A program made the position numbers and the translations under genes. From Candidatus Heimdallarchaeota archaeon (GTDB taxonomy: Archaea; Asgardarchaeota; Heimdallarchaeia; Heimdallarchaeales; Heimdallarchaeaceae), in NCBI GenBank assembly GCA_030603365.1, contig JAUVXV010000002.1:96001-160000 (forward strand): a stretch of 64,000 bases of DNA. The letters are read 5' to 3'. Position 1 is the first letter of the stretch. Each line of letters opens with the position of its first letter. The notes under the pieces were generated by a model. The model saw only the letters and a list, made by a program, of their open reading frames with translations, had not been told where the DNA came from and did no database searches. This document shows positions 1 to 11,200 of the stretch, one piece after another.

Positions 1-1764
1 GGTTATAAAATTCAAAGATTGTTTATCTATTCATTTCTGTTGCAATTATCCATCTATGATCAGATATCAAAAGATGATGAAGAAATAATAATTTACATTG
101 ATGATTCAGAGCTGTTTTTCTCAAGAGAGAGAGATACTAACATACTTGTTCACATCTTAAAGAAACTAGAAAACAGCAGATTCAAAATCATTCTTTCTAC
201 ACCATATCCTTCACATTTATCTCCTGGAATATTTGATATGACCTATAATAGGATAATTGGTAACCTTAAATCAGCTAAATGTGTGAAATTAATTGCTGAT
301 ACTCATGGTTTTGATAAGAACCAAATTGATTACTTGAGAAGACTTCCAAAGAACAACTTACTGCTTATTCGAGAGGATTTAACAGAGAAACCAATATTAC
401 TTAATTTCTTTCCACAAGATGTTGAGAGATATGATACTCAGGTCATAGAGACTAGTAGATCTATCTCAAAGAAAGTTTCTATTTCTGCAGAAGAAAAAGA
501 AAAATTATCTATTAACTACGAAGATTTTGCAAAACTTCACCCTATCATGAGAGTAGTTCTTGAGAAACTTTCTTCAAAAGTTAATCGGGGAATTAACACT
601 GAATCTCTTCCTAATTTATTCACCCAATGGCCTAAAAATGAAGTAAAAGAAGCAACATCAGCTCTGGAAATGTTTGGATACATCTTCTTTGAATCAGTTG
701 ATAAAAAAGGCAAAAAGGATGAATTTTGGACCAGGATTACCCCAAGAGGTAAAAAATTCCTTGAGAAAATAAAATATTCAAAATTACTAGAAAAACAGAA
801 TAAACAGATTGAGATAGAAGAAACTGTTAAAGAAGATTTAGTTGGATTTGTTGAGAAACCAAATGTAGTTGAACTAAAAGAAAAAGATACAGAGGAACCC
901 TTTATCAAGAAATTACAGATTATAAGAAAGATAATTAGAGAAACAAGAGATTCTGAAGATACACCTCTTGACAAGTTAGATATTCTCAATACATTCTTGG
1001 AACAAATTTCACCTTTACTTGGTGTTGATTATACTGAAGAGAGTATAAAACTTGAAAATTTTCTTATCTCTTTGAAAAAACTACTAGAGGAACAAAGTAC
1101 TGTTGATGATATTCCTAAGAAGATTCTATTACAAATATTCCAGAAAGCTCTATCACAAATAGATGGCATTCAAATCAAAGCTACCTATGGAGAAGAGACC
1201 ATTTCTAGTCAAGATGAAGAATTCATTAGCAAGATAATTGACAAAGAATTGAGTTCAGAAAAATGGCAAGAATTCGAAAGAGATATTTTCCTAACAGAGA
1301 TTCCTGAATTGTCAGAGATTTCTAAGGATAAAAAACAGATTGCAGATTTACTAAGTTCGGAATTTCCAGAGGAAGTTCTTCAAGGGTTAGAACTATCTTT
1401 AAAACTTCCAAAAGGAGAGTTTATTGAAATTACAAAGGATGCTATAGCTTCATTGTTACAGATAAAAACAACATTCTTCCCAAATATGAAATCAGAAGAA
1501 TATCTCGATGAGATCAATACTTTCTTTAAATCAACTGGTTATCCTGAACCTTATGAAGAAGCTCAGCAATTATTATGGGAATATTCTATTGTTGACAAGA
1601 AAGATTCTTCTAAGTCATCATATACTCAAAAAAACAGGAGAGAGATTGTTGAAAGTATTCAGAAGGAAACTGATGTTTTTGATTTCGATACGAGTGCTAA
1701 AAACAAGGATAGTCTTGTAAATCAGCTCAAAAATAACATCAGGAAAAGGATAAATAATGATTAG
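1..1764 (+). CDS. 5'-truncated HerA/FtsK/VirB4-like P-loop ATPase (C-terminal part) with a winged-helix domain and acidic helical tail
   Basis: Frame is open from base 1. Walker-B-like IIIYIDDSE, then IILSTPYPSHL...NRIIGNL...YLRRLP, matching the HerA-family STQxPxxl...N..i.G.L...i..Lp pattern. wHTH-like segment EVKEATSALEMFGYI...WTRITPRGKKFL. Walker A lies outside the window. Confidence 0.6.
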   Translation, partial: GYKIQRLFIYSFLLQLSIYDQISKDDEEIIIYIDDSELFFSRERDTNILVHILKKLENSRFKIILSTPYPSHLSPGIFDMTYNRIIGNLKSAKCVKLIADTHGFDKNQIDYLRRLPKNNLLLIREDLTEKPILLNFFPQDVERYDTQVIETSRSISKKVSISAEEKEKLSINYEDFAKLHPIMRVVLEKLSSKVNRGINTESLPNLFTQWPKNEVKEATSALEMFGYIFFESVDKKGKKDEFWTRITPRGKKFLEKIKYSKLLEKQNKQIEIEETVKEDLVGFVEKPNVVELKEKDTEEPFIKKLQIIRKIIRETRDSEDTPLDKLDILNTFLEQISPLLGVDYTEESIKLENFLISLKKLLEEQSTVDDIPKKILLQIFQKALSQIDGIQIKATYGEETISSQDEEFISKIIDKELSSEKWQEFERDIFLTEIPELSEISKDKKQIADLLSSEFPEEVLQGLELSLKLPKGEFIEITKDAIASLLQIKTTFFPNMKSEEYLDEINTFFKSTGYPEPYEEAQQLLWEYSIVDKKDSSKSSYTQKNRREIVESIQKETDVFDFDTSAKNKDSLVNQLKNNIRKRINND

Positions 1765-3955
1765 TTTCACCTTAGATAATCCTGCTTTAACAAGCTTTCA
1801 GAAGAAATGTCTTAAAGCTTACAAAGAAACTAAAGATGTCCTAGTGATAGCTCCAAGTTCAGCTGGTAAGACCTACGTTACTGAACAATATCTATTGGAA
1901 TACTTTCAGTCTATTTACGGTAAATTCTTAGTTTCTCCCAGAAAATTTAAAGTTGGTTTTATTCTTCCTTACAAATCTTTAGCTATTCAGGAATATAACC
2001 ATCTAGAGACTCTTGTGAGTCATCGTGGTATCAAAACTCTTCTAGCAGTTGGTGGAGTTAACATAGATGAAGATGATGTAGCTGAAGCAAATATAATAAT
2101 TGGAACTTACGAGAAATTCTTAACTCTTGCTAAAAAGTTTGAAGTTCTCCAGAAATATCTTAGAATCCTAATAATTGATGAATTTCATTTTCTTGGATCA
2201 GATAGAGGAAGGGTTCTAGAAGAAATAATTCTTGAACGGAAGAGTAAAGAACAAAAGGCACAGCTGATTCTTCTCTCCTCTTCAATCTCCAATCCTTTAG
2301 AGATCGCAGACTGGTTAAATGTTTATCCTATAATTGAGAATGAGAGACCTATACCACTAGATTACAATGTTGAAATATCAGCTGATACTATCAAATTTAT
2401 TGAAAAAATAAAAGATAACAAACAAATTCTGGTTTTCACACATTCTCGTTCTGATTCTGAGTTTTTAGCAGAAAAAATGGCAATTAAGCTACCTGCAAAA
2501 AATGATCTTGAAATTGATGAGATGATCAAGGAAAACCTAGAGATAATTGAAGATTTGAAAACTAAGAAAATTCTTCAGCAAACTTTCTTTCCACCATTAC
2601 TTAAAAAATTGGTAAAGAAAGGAATCGCCTACCATCATGCAGGTCTATCTGACCTAGTTAGATTATTGATTGAAGATCTGTTCATAAATGGAGAGATAGA
2701 TATTCTAATTTCTACATCTACTCTTGCAGCTGGAGTAAATCTACCAGCTGATATATCTGTTTTTAATCTGAAGCATAATCGAATTAAAACAGAAAACAAC
2801 ATGGTCTTTCAAACTTTAGGTAGAGCGGGTAGACTAGGATTTAAGAATTATGGGAGAGGAATTGTTCTAGTTAAAAGCGAGAGGATGAGGAAGAAAACTG
2901 AAGAGAAATTCTTTGATTACTCACATGATAATACAGCCCGACCTATATATCATCCAATCGAAAGTAAATTTGGTGTCTATGATTATCTTTTGCAGTTTTA
3001 TTTAGACAGATTCTATCACCACAAACAAACATCTTCAAGTGAACTTGTTCATCTTCATGAGAAGATAGAAGATACATTATGGTATTATCAAAAGAGTTCG
3101 AAACTAATGAGGAACATAGTCGATTTTGAACTATTGCAAGCTCTTTTCTCCTCTGTTGATTCCAATCTAGAAACAGCAGAGATTATTGATTTTTATAGAA
3201 GGTTAGATAGAACCAATGATGTAAAAGAAAGAAAAATGGAAATAAAATCAATTGAGGGTCTAAATACTGCTGCAATCGTAGCTAATATTCGAGAACAATC
3301 AAAACTTTTCCAAATTTACCTTTCTCCTTCGAGAAGAAGCTGCACTTGTCAAAACAAACATTCTAATTTCATTTGCAAACATCAAAGATTTCTGTTGGAA
3401 TCTTATCCTGAAGGACAAGAGAGATGGTTGAACAATTATGGAATTCTAGATTTTCTTGTAAGAGAGGGATTTATAGTGAGGTCTTCTGGAAGTAATATTA
3501 ACCTAACTTATATGGGTAAACTTGCTGCAAGTCATTATATCCATCCCTATGATTTTCTAGATTATCTTGAATTCTGTGGCATTAACAAAGAACTAACCAT
3601 TACTCAATATTTGAAGCAGTTTATTACTAGAGATAAAAGAATAAAACAGGAAATAAAAGCGAATGAATTATCTTCATTACTTGCCATCAGACTTGCACAC
3701 GATATAGTCCAAGGGAAAGAAATCAAGGATATTTGCAAGAGATATAACATAAGTGATAGTTTTGTAGATGATTGGAGAGAAAACATCTTCAGATTCATGA
3801 AAATGTTTGAATCCTTAAACCATTTTATAGGTAAAAAAGAAGAAGCTGATAAAATTGCTTCGTGGATGGATACAAGTGAAGGATTCGCTGACTTAGAATT
3901 CTATAAACTGGAAAGAGACAGTAAGAAGAGCGTACGAGTTAAAGAGTATTCTTGA
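1757..3955 (+). CDS. Ski2/Hel308-like SF2 helicase with inserted SWIM zinc finger
   Basis: Motif I APSSAGKT, Ia PYKSLA, II DEFH, IAYHHAGL, STSTLAAGVNLPA, VI QTLGRAGR. SWIM CTC-x8-CKH at 3341-3382. Overlaps the upstream ORF by 8 nt. Confidence 0.9.
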   Translation: MISFTLDNPALTSFQKKCLKAYKETKDVLVIAPSSAGKTYVTEQYLLEYFQSIYGKFLVSPRKFKVGFILPYKSLAIQEYNHLETLVSHRGIKTLLAVGGVNIDEDDVAEANIIIGTYEKFLTLAKKFEVLQKYLRILIIDEFHFLGSDRGRVLEEIILERKSKEQKAQLILLSSSISNPLEIADWLNVYPIIENERPIPLDYNVEISADTIKFIEKIKDNKQILVFTHSRSDSEFLAEKMAIKLPAKNDLEIDEMIKENLEIIEDLKTKKILQQTFFPPLLKKLVKKGIAYHHAGLSDLVRLLIEDLFINGEIDILISTSTLAAGVNLPADISVFNLKHNRIKTENNMVFQTLGRAGRLGFKNYGRGIVLVKSERMRKKTEEKFFDYSHDNTARPIYHPIESKFGVYDYLLQFYLDRFYHHKQTSSSELVHLHEKIEDTLWYYQKSSKLMRNIVDFELLQALFSSVDSNLETAEIIDFYRRLDRTNDVKERKMEIKSIEGLNTAAIVANIREQSKLFQIYLSPSRRSCTCQNKHSNFICKHQRFLLESYPEGQERWLNNYGILDFLVREGFIVRSSGSNINLTYMGKLAASHYIHPYDFLDYLEFCGINKELTITQYLKQFITRDKRIKQEIKANELSSLLAIRLAHDIVQGKEIKDICKRYNISDSFVDDWRENIFRFMKMFESLNHFIGKKEEADKIASWMDTSEGFADLEFYKLERDSKKSVRVKEYS

Positions 3956-3980
3956 TTAGTTTTTCTTGGGTTTTCTTTAG

Positions 3981-3988
3981 TATATAAA
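3981..3988 (+). promoter_or_regulatory. TATA box for radA and the giant surface protein
   Basis: TATATAAA about 30 nt upstream of the radA ATG, preceded by a T-rich tract after the helicase stop. Confidence 0.5.
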
Positions 3989-4012
3989 TGAATTTCCTTA
4001 TAATAGGTTGAC

Positions 4013-5203
4013 ATGGCTGACAATATTGAAAATAGTGAGGAAAGTATACCCACTTCCACCAAGAAGAAAACCACCAAAAAGGCTGATTCTCTTCAAGAAT
4101 TCTTGGATGGTATTAAGGGTCTTTCTGACTCTATGAAAAAAAGAGTTCACAAGGTTTTAAACACTGAAGGAATAGTAGATCCCCGAGGTATCAAATCTTT
4201 TACTCAGAAACAGCTTCAACAGTTACCTGGAATCACAGATGTAACTGCTTGTTTACTATTAGATCAATTTAAAACTAAAACTGAAGGTAAGATTTTCCTT
4301 TCCTTAGAAGAAAGAGAAGAATTGGAAACCGTTCGCTCCAAAATCAAGACTGGTGCCAAAGCTTTGGATGATCTTCTCCAAGGAGGAGTTCCTACTGGTA
4401 CGTTTGTGGAATTATATGGTGCCCCTCAAAGTGGCAAAACTCAAATATGTTATACTCTAAGCGTCAATTGCTTACTTCCTGAGGAATACGGTGGATTGGG
4501 TGCTGGAGTTGTATGGTTAGACACCGAAGGTTCATTTAACAGCCAACGTATGAAACAAGTTCTTTCATATTACCAATATACTCACAACATTCCTGAGAAA
4601 CAAATCAATACAGACAAATTCATGGTTGCTAGTACTCGTTCTCTAGACCAAATAGAATTAGCTCTTAAAGAAGTTGGAAGATTTATCCCTCAAAACGATG
4701 TAAAACTACTGATTGTTGATAGTCTTATGGACCCTTTCAGAGCCGAATATGGAGGGTTAGGACAATTAGCTGATAGACAAAAACATCTCAATAGAGTACT
4801 ACATTTACTCATGCGAATCGCTTCAGCTTGGGACCTTGCAGTAGTGTATACAAATCAAGTTCAAGCTAATCCAGATCCATTTTCCACGGCTATGGATAAG
4901 ATTTTACCAATTGGAGGATTTGTTCTCGGACATGCGTCTGATATACGAATATGGTTGAGAAGAGCTACCTCAAAAATTCGAAAAGAACATGATGCGCCAA
5001 ACGCACGCCGCGCCCTCATTACTGACTGTGGTTGGTTGCCTATGCAAGAGACTCATTTCTCTCTTGGACCATTTGGTATTTGTGACGTTGACGAAGAAGC
5101 TAATCATCGCAAATTAGCTCTTGATATTGGCTATACTCTAGATGCTCCAGATAAAGAAGAAAAAGAAGAGGAAATCAAAACGGAATTTGCGTCTTTAGAG
5201 TGA
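4013..5203 (+). CDS. radA: RadA/Rad51-family recombinase (RadA or paralogue)
   Basis: N-terminal HhH-like LQQLPGI, TGAKALDDLLQGG, Walker A GAPQSGKT, WLDTEGSF, Walker B LLIVDS, FRAEYGG...LADRQ, TNQV, GGFVLGH. Confidence 0.85.
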   Translation: MADNIENSEESIPTSTKKKTTKKADSLQEFLDGIKGLSDSMKKRVHKVLNTEGIVDPRGIKSFTQKQLQQLPGITDVTACLLLDQFKTKTEGKIFLSLEEREELETVRSKIKTGAKALDDLLQGGVPTGTFVELYGAPQSGKTQICYTLSVNCLLPEEYGGLGAGVVWLDTEGSFNSQRMKQVLSYYQYTHNIPEKQINTDKFMVASTRSLDQIELALKEVGRFIPQNDVKLLIVDSLMDPFRAEYGGLGQLADRQKHLNRVLHLLMRIASAWDLAVVYTNQVQANPDPFSTAMDKILPIGGFVLGHASDIRIWLRRATSKIRKEHDAPNARRALITDCGWLPMQETHFSLGPFGICDVDEEANHRKLALDIGYTLDAPDKEEKEEEIKTEFASLE

Positions 5204-5204
5204 G

Positions 5205-8200
5205 GTGAGAGATTTGCGTCGAGTTATTTTCCTTTTTGTTCTTTTACTATTCGTTCCCCAACCTGTGACTCAATTAGTATTCAATAGTTTAATTGAACCA
5301 TCTAGCATGGCATCTGATAGTAGCTATATTATTGAATACAATCCTGAAACCGACTATATCTTCGAGGATAAAATCATTCGCATTACCCCTATTTCTATTG
5401 AAGAATATGAGGAAAGTACAGCTAGTAATTCACCTTCTCCCCCTCATCTATCTCCTGGTATTTACCCTAGTTTAACTTCAGCAGCTGGTGATGCTTCTAC
5501 TCTTCGTAGAGGAGATATCCTTGATGCTTCTGCTTTAAGTGAATACGAACTCTTGGGTTATGTTCCAGTTGACAGGGGCTATCATTATTGGTATGATTTA
5601 CAACAGGTCGCAGGTGATGAAGATTCTTCTTCTTCAAGTATTACTGAGAACAAAATTGCTGTAGAATTCAACTCGATTGTCGATATTGATGTAATGGCTT
5701 TTTCCTTCAATTTATCTGACATCTCAATACCTATTGCTAACGTTATTAATTTCTATCTTGCAGATAATTTAAACGATTATCAAAACGATTATCTCATGTT
5801 TTCTGAAATTTCTTTTCACACATATAATTCTCAGAAAAACAACCCTAACGCTCCTTTATTATTCACCTTCTGGAATCATCCTTTAACTACCCCCATAGAT
5901 AATCAGATTACAGCTGATACCCCTTACTATGTTATTCTTGAGTCTTCAGCTGATTTTATGTTACAAACTTCTTCTGATCTTACTGGTTCTGATGATAATA
6001 GTGTTTATACCTTCGAAAGTAGTCTATGGAACGAACAAACTGGAATAGATATCGACATGGAGATCTATACTGGCTCTCTTGTTCAATCTTCAAGTTTAGG
6101 AGCAGATGGAGCTTCTAATCTCCTATATGATTCTTTATTTACAACTGGCGTTAATCTTAAAATTGTTGCTAATTACTATGACAGCTCTTTGCTATATGAT
6201 AGTTCTTCAGATTTCTTAGATATAATTATCTTGGATTCTTTTAATCCTGAATTTCTTTATCTTTCTACTCCTCCAACAGCTGAATATAATGATCAAATTC
6301 AACTCATAGCTCGAGTTGAAAATAGTCATCACCAGCCTCTTAGAGGAGAGTTGATTGATTTTTACGTTTCTGATGATAACCAAACTTGGTCTCTGCTAAC
6401 TCAAGCTTCTTCAGAAGAAGATGGATATGCAATATTATCCTATACAATTCTTGAATCATCAGGAACTAAGTACTTCAAAATTATTCTAGACCTTTTAGCA
6501 GCTTATAGCTCGACTACGCAAGAAAAGGAAACCATTCTAGTGAGTGCTCCACAGATCAATTGTGTATTTGGCAGTGCTGTAGGTTCGCATAATCTAGCCT
6601 TATTCCAACTGGCTGTTCAAGTTCAAGATAATGATGGTACTCCTATCGTTGATCATATAGTCTTATTCTTTATGCAAGGTATGATAGATCCTATTTTTAC
6701 CTATACAAATGAAACAGGATGGGCAACTACAGCTAACGGATATATTGGGTGGAACTTTGGATTTTATCCTAACTCTTATTGGGTTTCTATGTCTATGGAT
6801 GCGGGGTTGTATAATTATCCTTCAACCACTTATGGAGACATAAATATTAGTAAGAATGATATCAGTATTCAAGCTCAAGAAACATTACAAGGAATCTGGA
6901 ATGAACCTCTTGATATTTCACTTATCTTTACAGATGCAGAGAGTGATTTGATTTCGAATCTCAATTATGAAGTTGTTGTATTTAATAATGAAACTGGTTT
7001 GAATACCTCATTAGGTTTATACCAAACCAATGTAAATGGAGAAGGACTAATTTCCTTTACTGAAGGCTTTTTTGAACCTGGAGAATATATGGTTTTCATC
7101 AAAGTCAATGCGTTAAATTATATTTATTTAGAAAAAGCGATTCCATTATTGATAGAGAGCGACCAAGCTACAATATATGTAAACATTGTAGAGGATGTTT
7201 CCTACATTTATGGTTCCTCTGTTCATTTAGAAGTGTATGTTACAGATCATTTTGGAAACCCATTAGAAGATATTCAAGTACTTGTTCATGTTTCCTTACC
7301 AAACTACATAGATTTTTGGGATGACATACATGTTCTCAATACTAATTCTTCTGGATATGCAGTATTTGATTTAATTTTGAGTATGAATGTGGGAGATGTC
7401 CTAAATATACTCTTCACTACAGCTGGTTACTACAATGGAGATATTCTTTATTATAAGGGTGCAACACCATTTGTAGCTTATTTCACCTGCGTTCCAGCAC
7501 CCACTAACTTTGTAGATTTAGTAGATATTAGTTGTACCAATCAAGAAACAATTACAATTTCTGGAAGATTGTTCTCTAACGGGAATCCAATCAGCTCTCA
7601 AACTGTATGCATTTCTATTTTGGGAGAACAGTTTTTTGTTATTACAGACAGTAATGGTTACTTTACACTTACCTACCAGCTGAATGAAGGAGGTACTATC
7701 CAAGTAGATATTTTTTATGATAGTTCTACCAATTACCTTGATACCGATCAAACAATCTATCTTTACTGTGACCCTTGTACAATTACCCTAACAGGTGATG
7801 ATATTTATCATGATACAGCTGATCCTGTAACTTTTATCGTTCTGATTGAGTCCGCATATGGCACCAATCCTCAAGGTGTTGCTGTTGATTTCTACTGGTA
7901 TGATGGCGAAAACTGGATTTATCTTGACACGGTCTATTCTGATGTTTTTGGAGTTGTTATATTTACTCCCGGAATATCTTTTCCATTAGGGAATTATTTA
8001 TGGAAAGCAGAGGTAGCTTTGTCAGAAGACTGGGAACAAGCTGAGGTCATCAAAATTTTGAAAGTTGGTATTGATACTTCCATTGTTCTGTATACTCCAT
8101 CCACCGTTGAATATCATGAGACTATCACACTAACAGCTTATGTGACAGATGAACCAGGTAACCCAATTCTGGTCGAAGTAGCATTTTACATCAATCAAAT

Positions 8201-11200
8201 CTATATTGGTTCTGCAACGACTGATATTGATGGTTATGCAGTTCTTACTTGGTTTGTTGATCTAGCTCCTGGAGATTATGAGATAGTTGCTCAGATGGCT
8301 GCTACAGGTATGTTCCTTTCATCTTCTAATAATGCTTATGTAACCATTGAAAAAACATCAAGTTATATTTCCTGTGATGATGAATTCATATTTTACAGCG
8401 AATCAGCTGATTTGGAAATTCATCTCTATACAACTACTTCTAATATTTCAACAGTTTATGTAACAGTCAATATCACAGATATTCTTGAAGAACAACTTCT
8501 CACTGATTCTAATGGTTTGGCAATATGGTCAATAGCTCTTCTCGATCCAGGAGTATACACTGTTAGAATTTATTTTATGGGTAATAGCTTCTACTACTCT
8601 TCAGAACTTCTGATTACTCTGCAAGTAGATAAGATGCCAACAACAATTAATTTTACTGCCCCAAATCAAGAATATGAGCCTATTTATGAGGTTACTGGAT
8701 ACATTAATGATCAGTTTTACCAACCTATAGAAGGGGTTACTTTAGTTTTGTATGTCAATGGCACAGAAGTAGCTACTACTACATCAGATGTTTTTGGTTA
8801 TTTTGAATTTGTTCTTAATCTGAATCCAGGTATATATGTAATAGAAATAGAGTATTCAGGAGATGATTATTATCTCTCTGCGAATGGTCAAAAAACAGTT
8901 TATATTTGGAAAATAGAGACTTCTGTACAATCCGATGTTGTTTGGGAAGATATGACTGTAACTGTTGAAACATTGTTACTTGATTCTAATAATCAACCTA
9001 TCAGCAATCAACTTGTATTCTTCTATTTGGACGGCATATATGTTGATCATACCTTGACAAATAGTTCAGGTTATGCCTTCATTATTCTGAATGGAATTAC
9101 ACCAGGAATTTATGAATTGGAAATAGTGTTTTCTGGGACTACAATTTATTCTAGTTCTTCACAAACTATAGTGATTGACCAAGACAAATTGCAAACTGAG
9201 ATGATTGTAGAAATATTTGGAGGGATATATGGAACAGAAACAACAACAATTGAAGTCTATCTAACCAGTGAAGGAAATCCACTAGTGGGCAAAAACGTTG
9301 TATTAATTATCAATGGACAAAACTATGCGGGTGTTACAAACAGCTCTGGTTATCTGTTGATTTCGCTGGATACTTTTACAAATGCAGGGACTTATTCTCT
9401 GTCAGTTGATTTTCTAGGAGATGCTGTTTATACAGCTGTAAACATAGGTACTTCATTCTATATTTCAAAAGCAGAATCTCAAATCACTTTACAATTCAAT
9501 TATTTAGACTATTTACCTATATTAAGTGGAGTTTTGATTACTCCAACTGCACTTGCAGGAGTTGATATATTCATCTATGATGGGGTCAACTATCTAGATA
9601 CAGTTCAAACTGATGCTTTAGGAAATTTTGAATTTTTCTTACTTCTTTCAGCTGGAACATATCAGATTGAAGTAGAATTTGAAGGAGATGAAAATCATTT
9701 AGGTTTCAGAAAAATAATTCAAGTGCAGATTTACAAAACTACTGTTCAAATCGATTCACCAGCATCTCTTAATCAAACTTATGGTGCAGAAACCTCGTTT
9801 ATCATCTATGTTGAAGATGTTCTTGGCAACTCTCTAGCCATATCTATAATCATCAAATTGGATGGCATTTATTATGCAACAATTATTACTAATGCCAGTG
9901 GATATGCAACTGTTATCTTAACAGCTGATATAGAGGCTGGAAACCACATACTAACGCTAGAATTTCAGGGTAATGACGATTATTATCAAACATCCCAAAA
10001 CATCTCTATATACACAAAATACGAGATTATTCTAGATGATCTTCAAACCCTTCCTAGTATGTATGGAGATGAAGGATTAGTTACTGGAGAATTAAACAAC
10101 TATGGAGGAAATCTACCTCTTGTTGAAGTAACTTTAATAATCAATGGGGAGGCATATACGACCACAATTGATCCATCTGGAAGTTTCATATTCGTGATTG
10201 ATTCAGATTTACCAACAGGCACTTATTCAGCAATTTTAATCATCGAAGAAACCACTGCAGTAGTTTATTTTGAACACAGTTTCATGGTTGAAAGAACTAA
10301 AGGACAAGCTACTATTAATCTTGATTATGATGAAAGGACATTCAATGACATCTCTGACGTAGTTGGATCAGTTGAATTCGATTCAGTTGGTCTTGAGGGA
10401 GTAGTAATTGTAATCTATATTAATGGGAATGAAATGGGGACTTTGGTTACTGACATCAATGGTCAATTTGTAATCCCAGGTTCTTGGTTAGAACACGCTC
10501 CCGGTCTTTATACATTAAAGATTACAGCTCTTATTGATAACGCAAATATCGCTGTTACTTCAAATGAATTTGCATTAGAATTGATAAGAGATTCTGCAAC
10601 TATTGAGATTTCTTATGTAGATACAAAGGTAGAACAAGAGTTACAATTCAATATACAATTAACAGATTCACAACACAATAATCTTCCATATTATTCCATA
10701 ACAATTACTGTAAATGGAACTGAATATGAATTGATAAGCAATGGAGCGGGTGTTGTTTTATTTACTCTCCTTCTAGATTGCGCTGGAGTACTTTATATTC
10801 TTCTTACTGGATTGGAAACAACTTATTACAACAGTTTTGCAGAGGCATATGAGGTCGAAATAGAAAGAACTCAAACAATAATTAACGTTGCTGAAAGACA
10901 AATTCCTTACAATGATTCTAAAGGATTAGCAGTTCAATTAAAATCTGAATTTGGAAATGCGATTGCAAATCAGTCTTTGCTTATAATGGTTGATTCAAAC
11001 GTAAATACACCAGTTACAGATGAAAACGGAACAGTCTATATCAATATTGAAGAATATGCACTTGGAAATCATAGTTTGTTCATTGATTTTGCAGACACAG
11101 AGAACTATCTAGGAATTAAACTCTATGCAAATATGGAAATAGTTCCGCAAGAAACACAAATTATAATTGTTTATGATGAAAGCCAAGTCTATTTACAACT

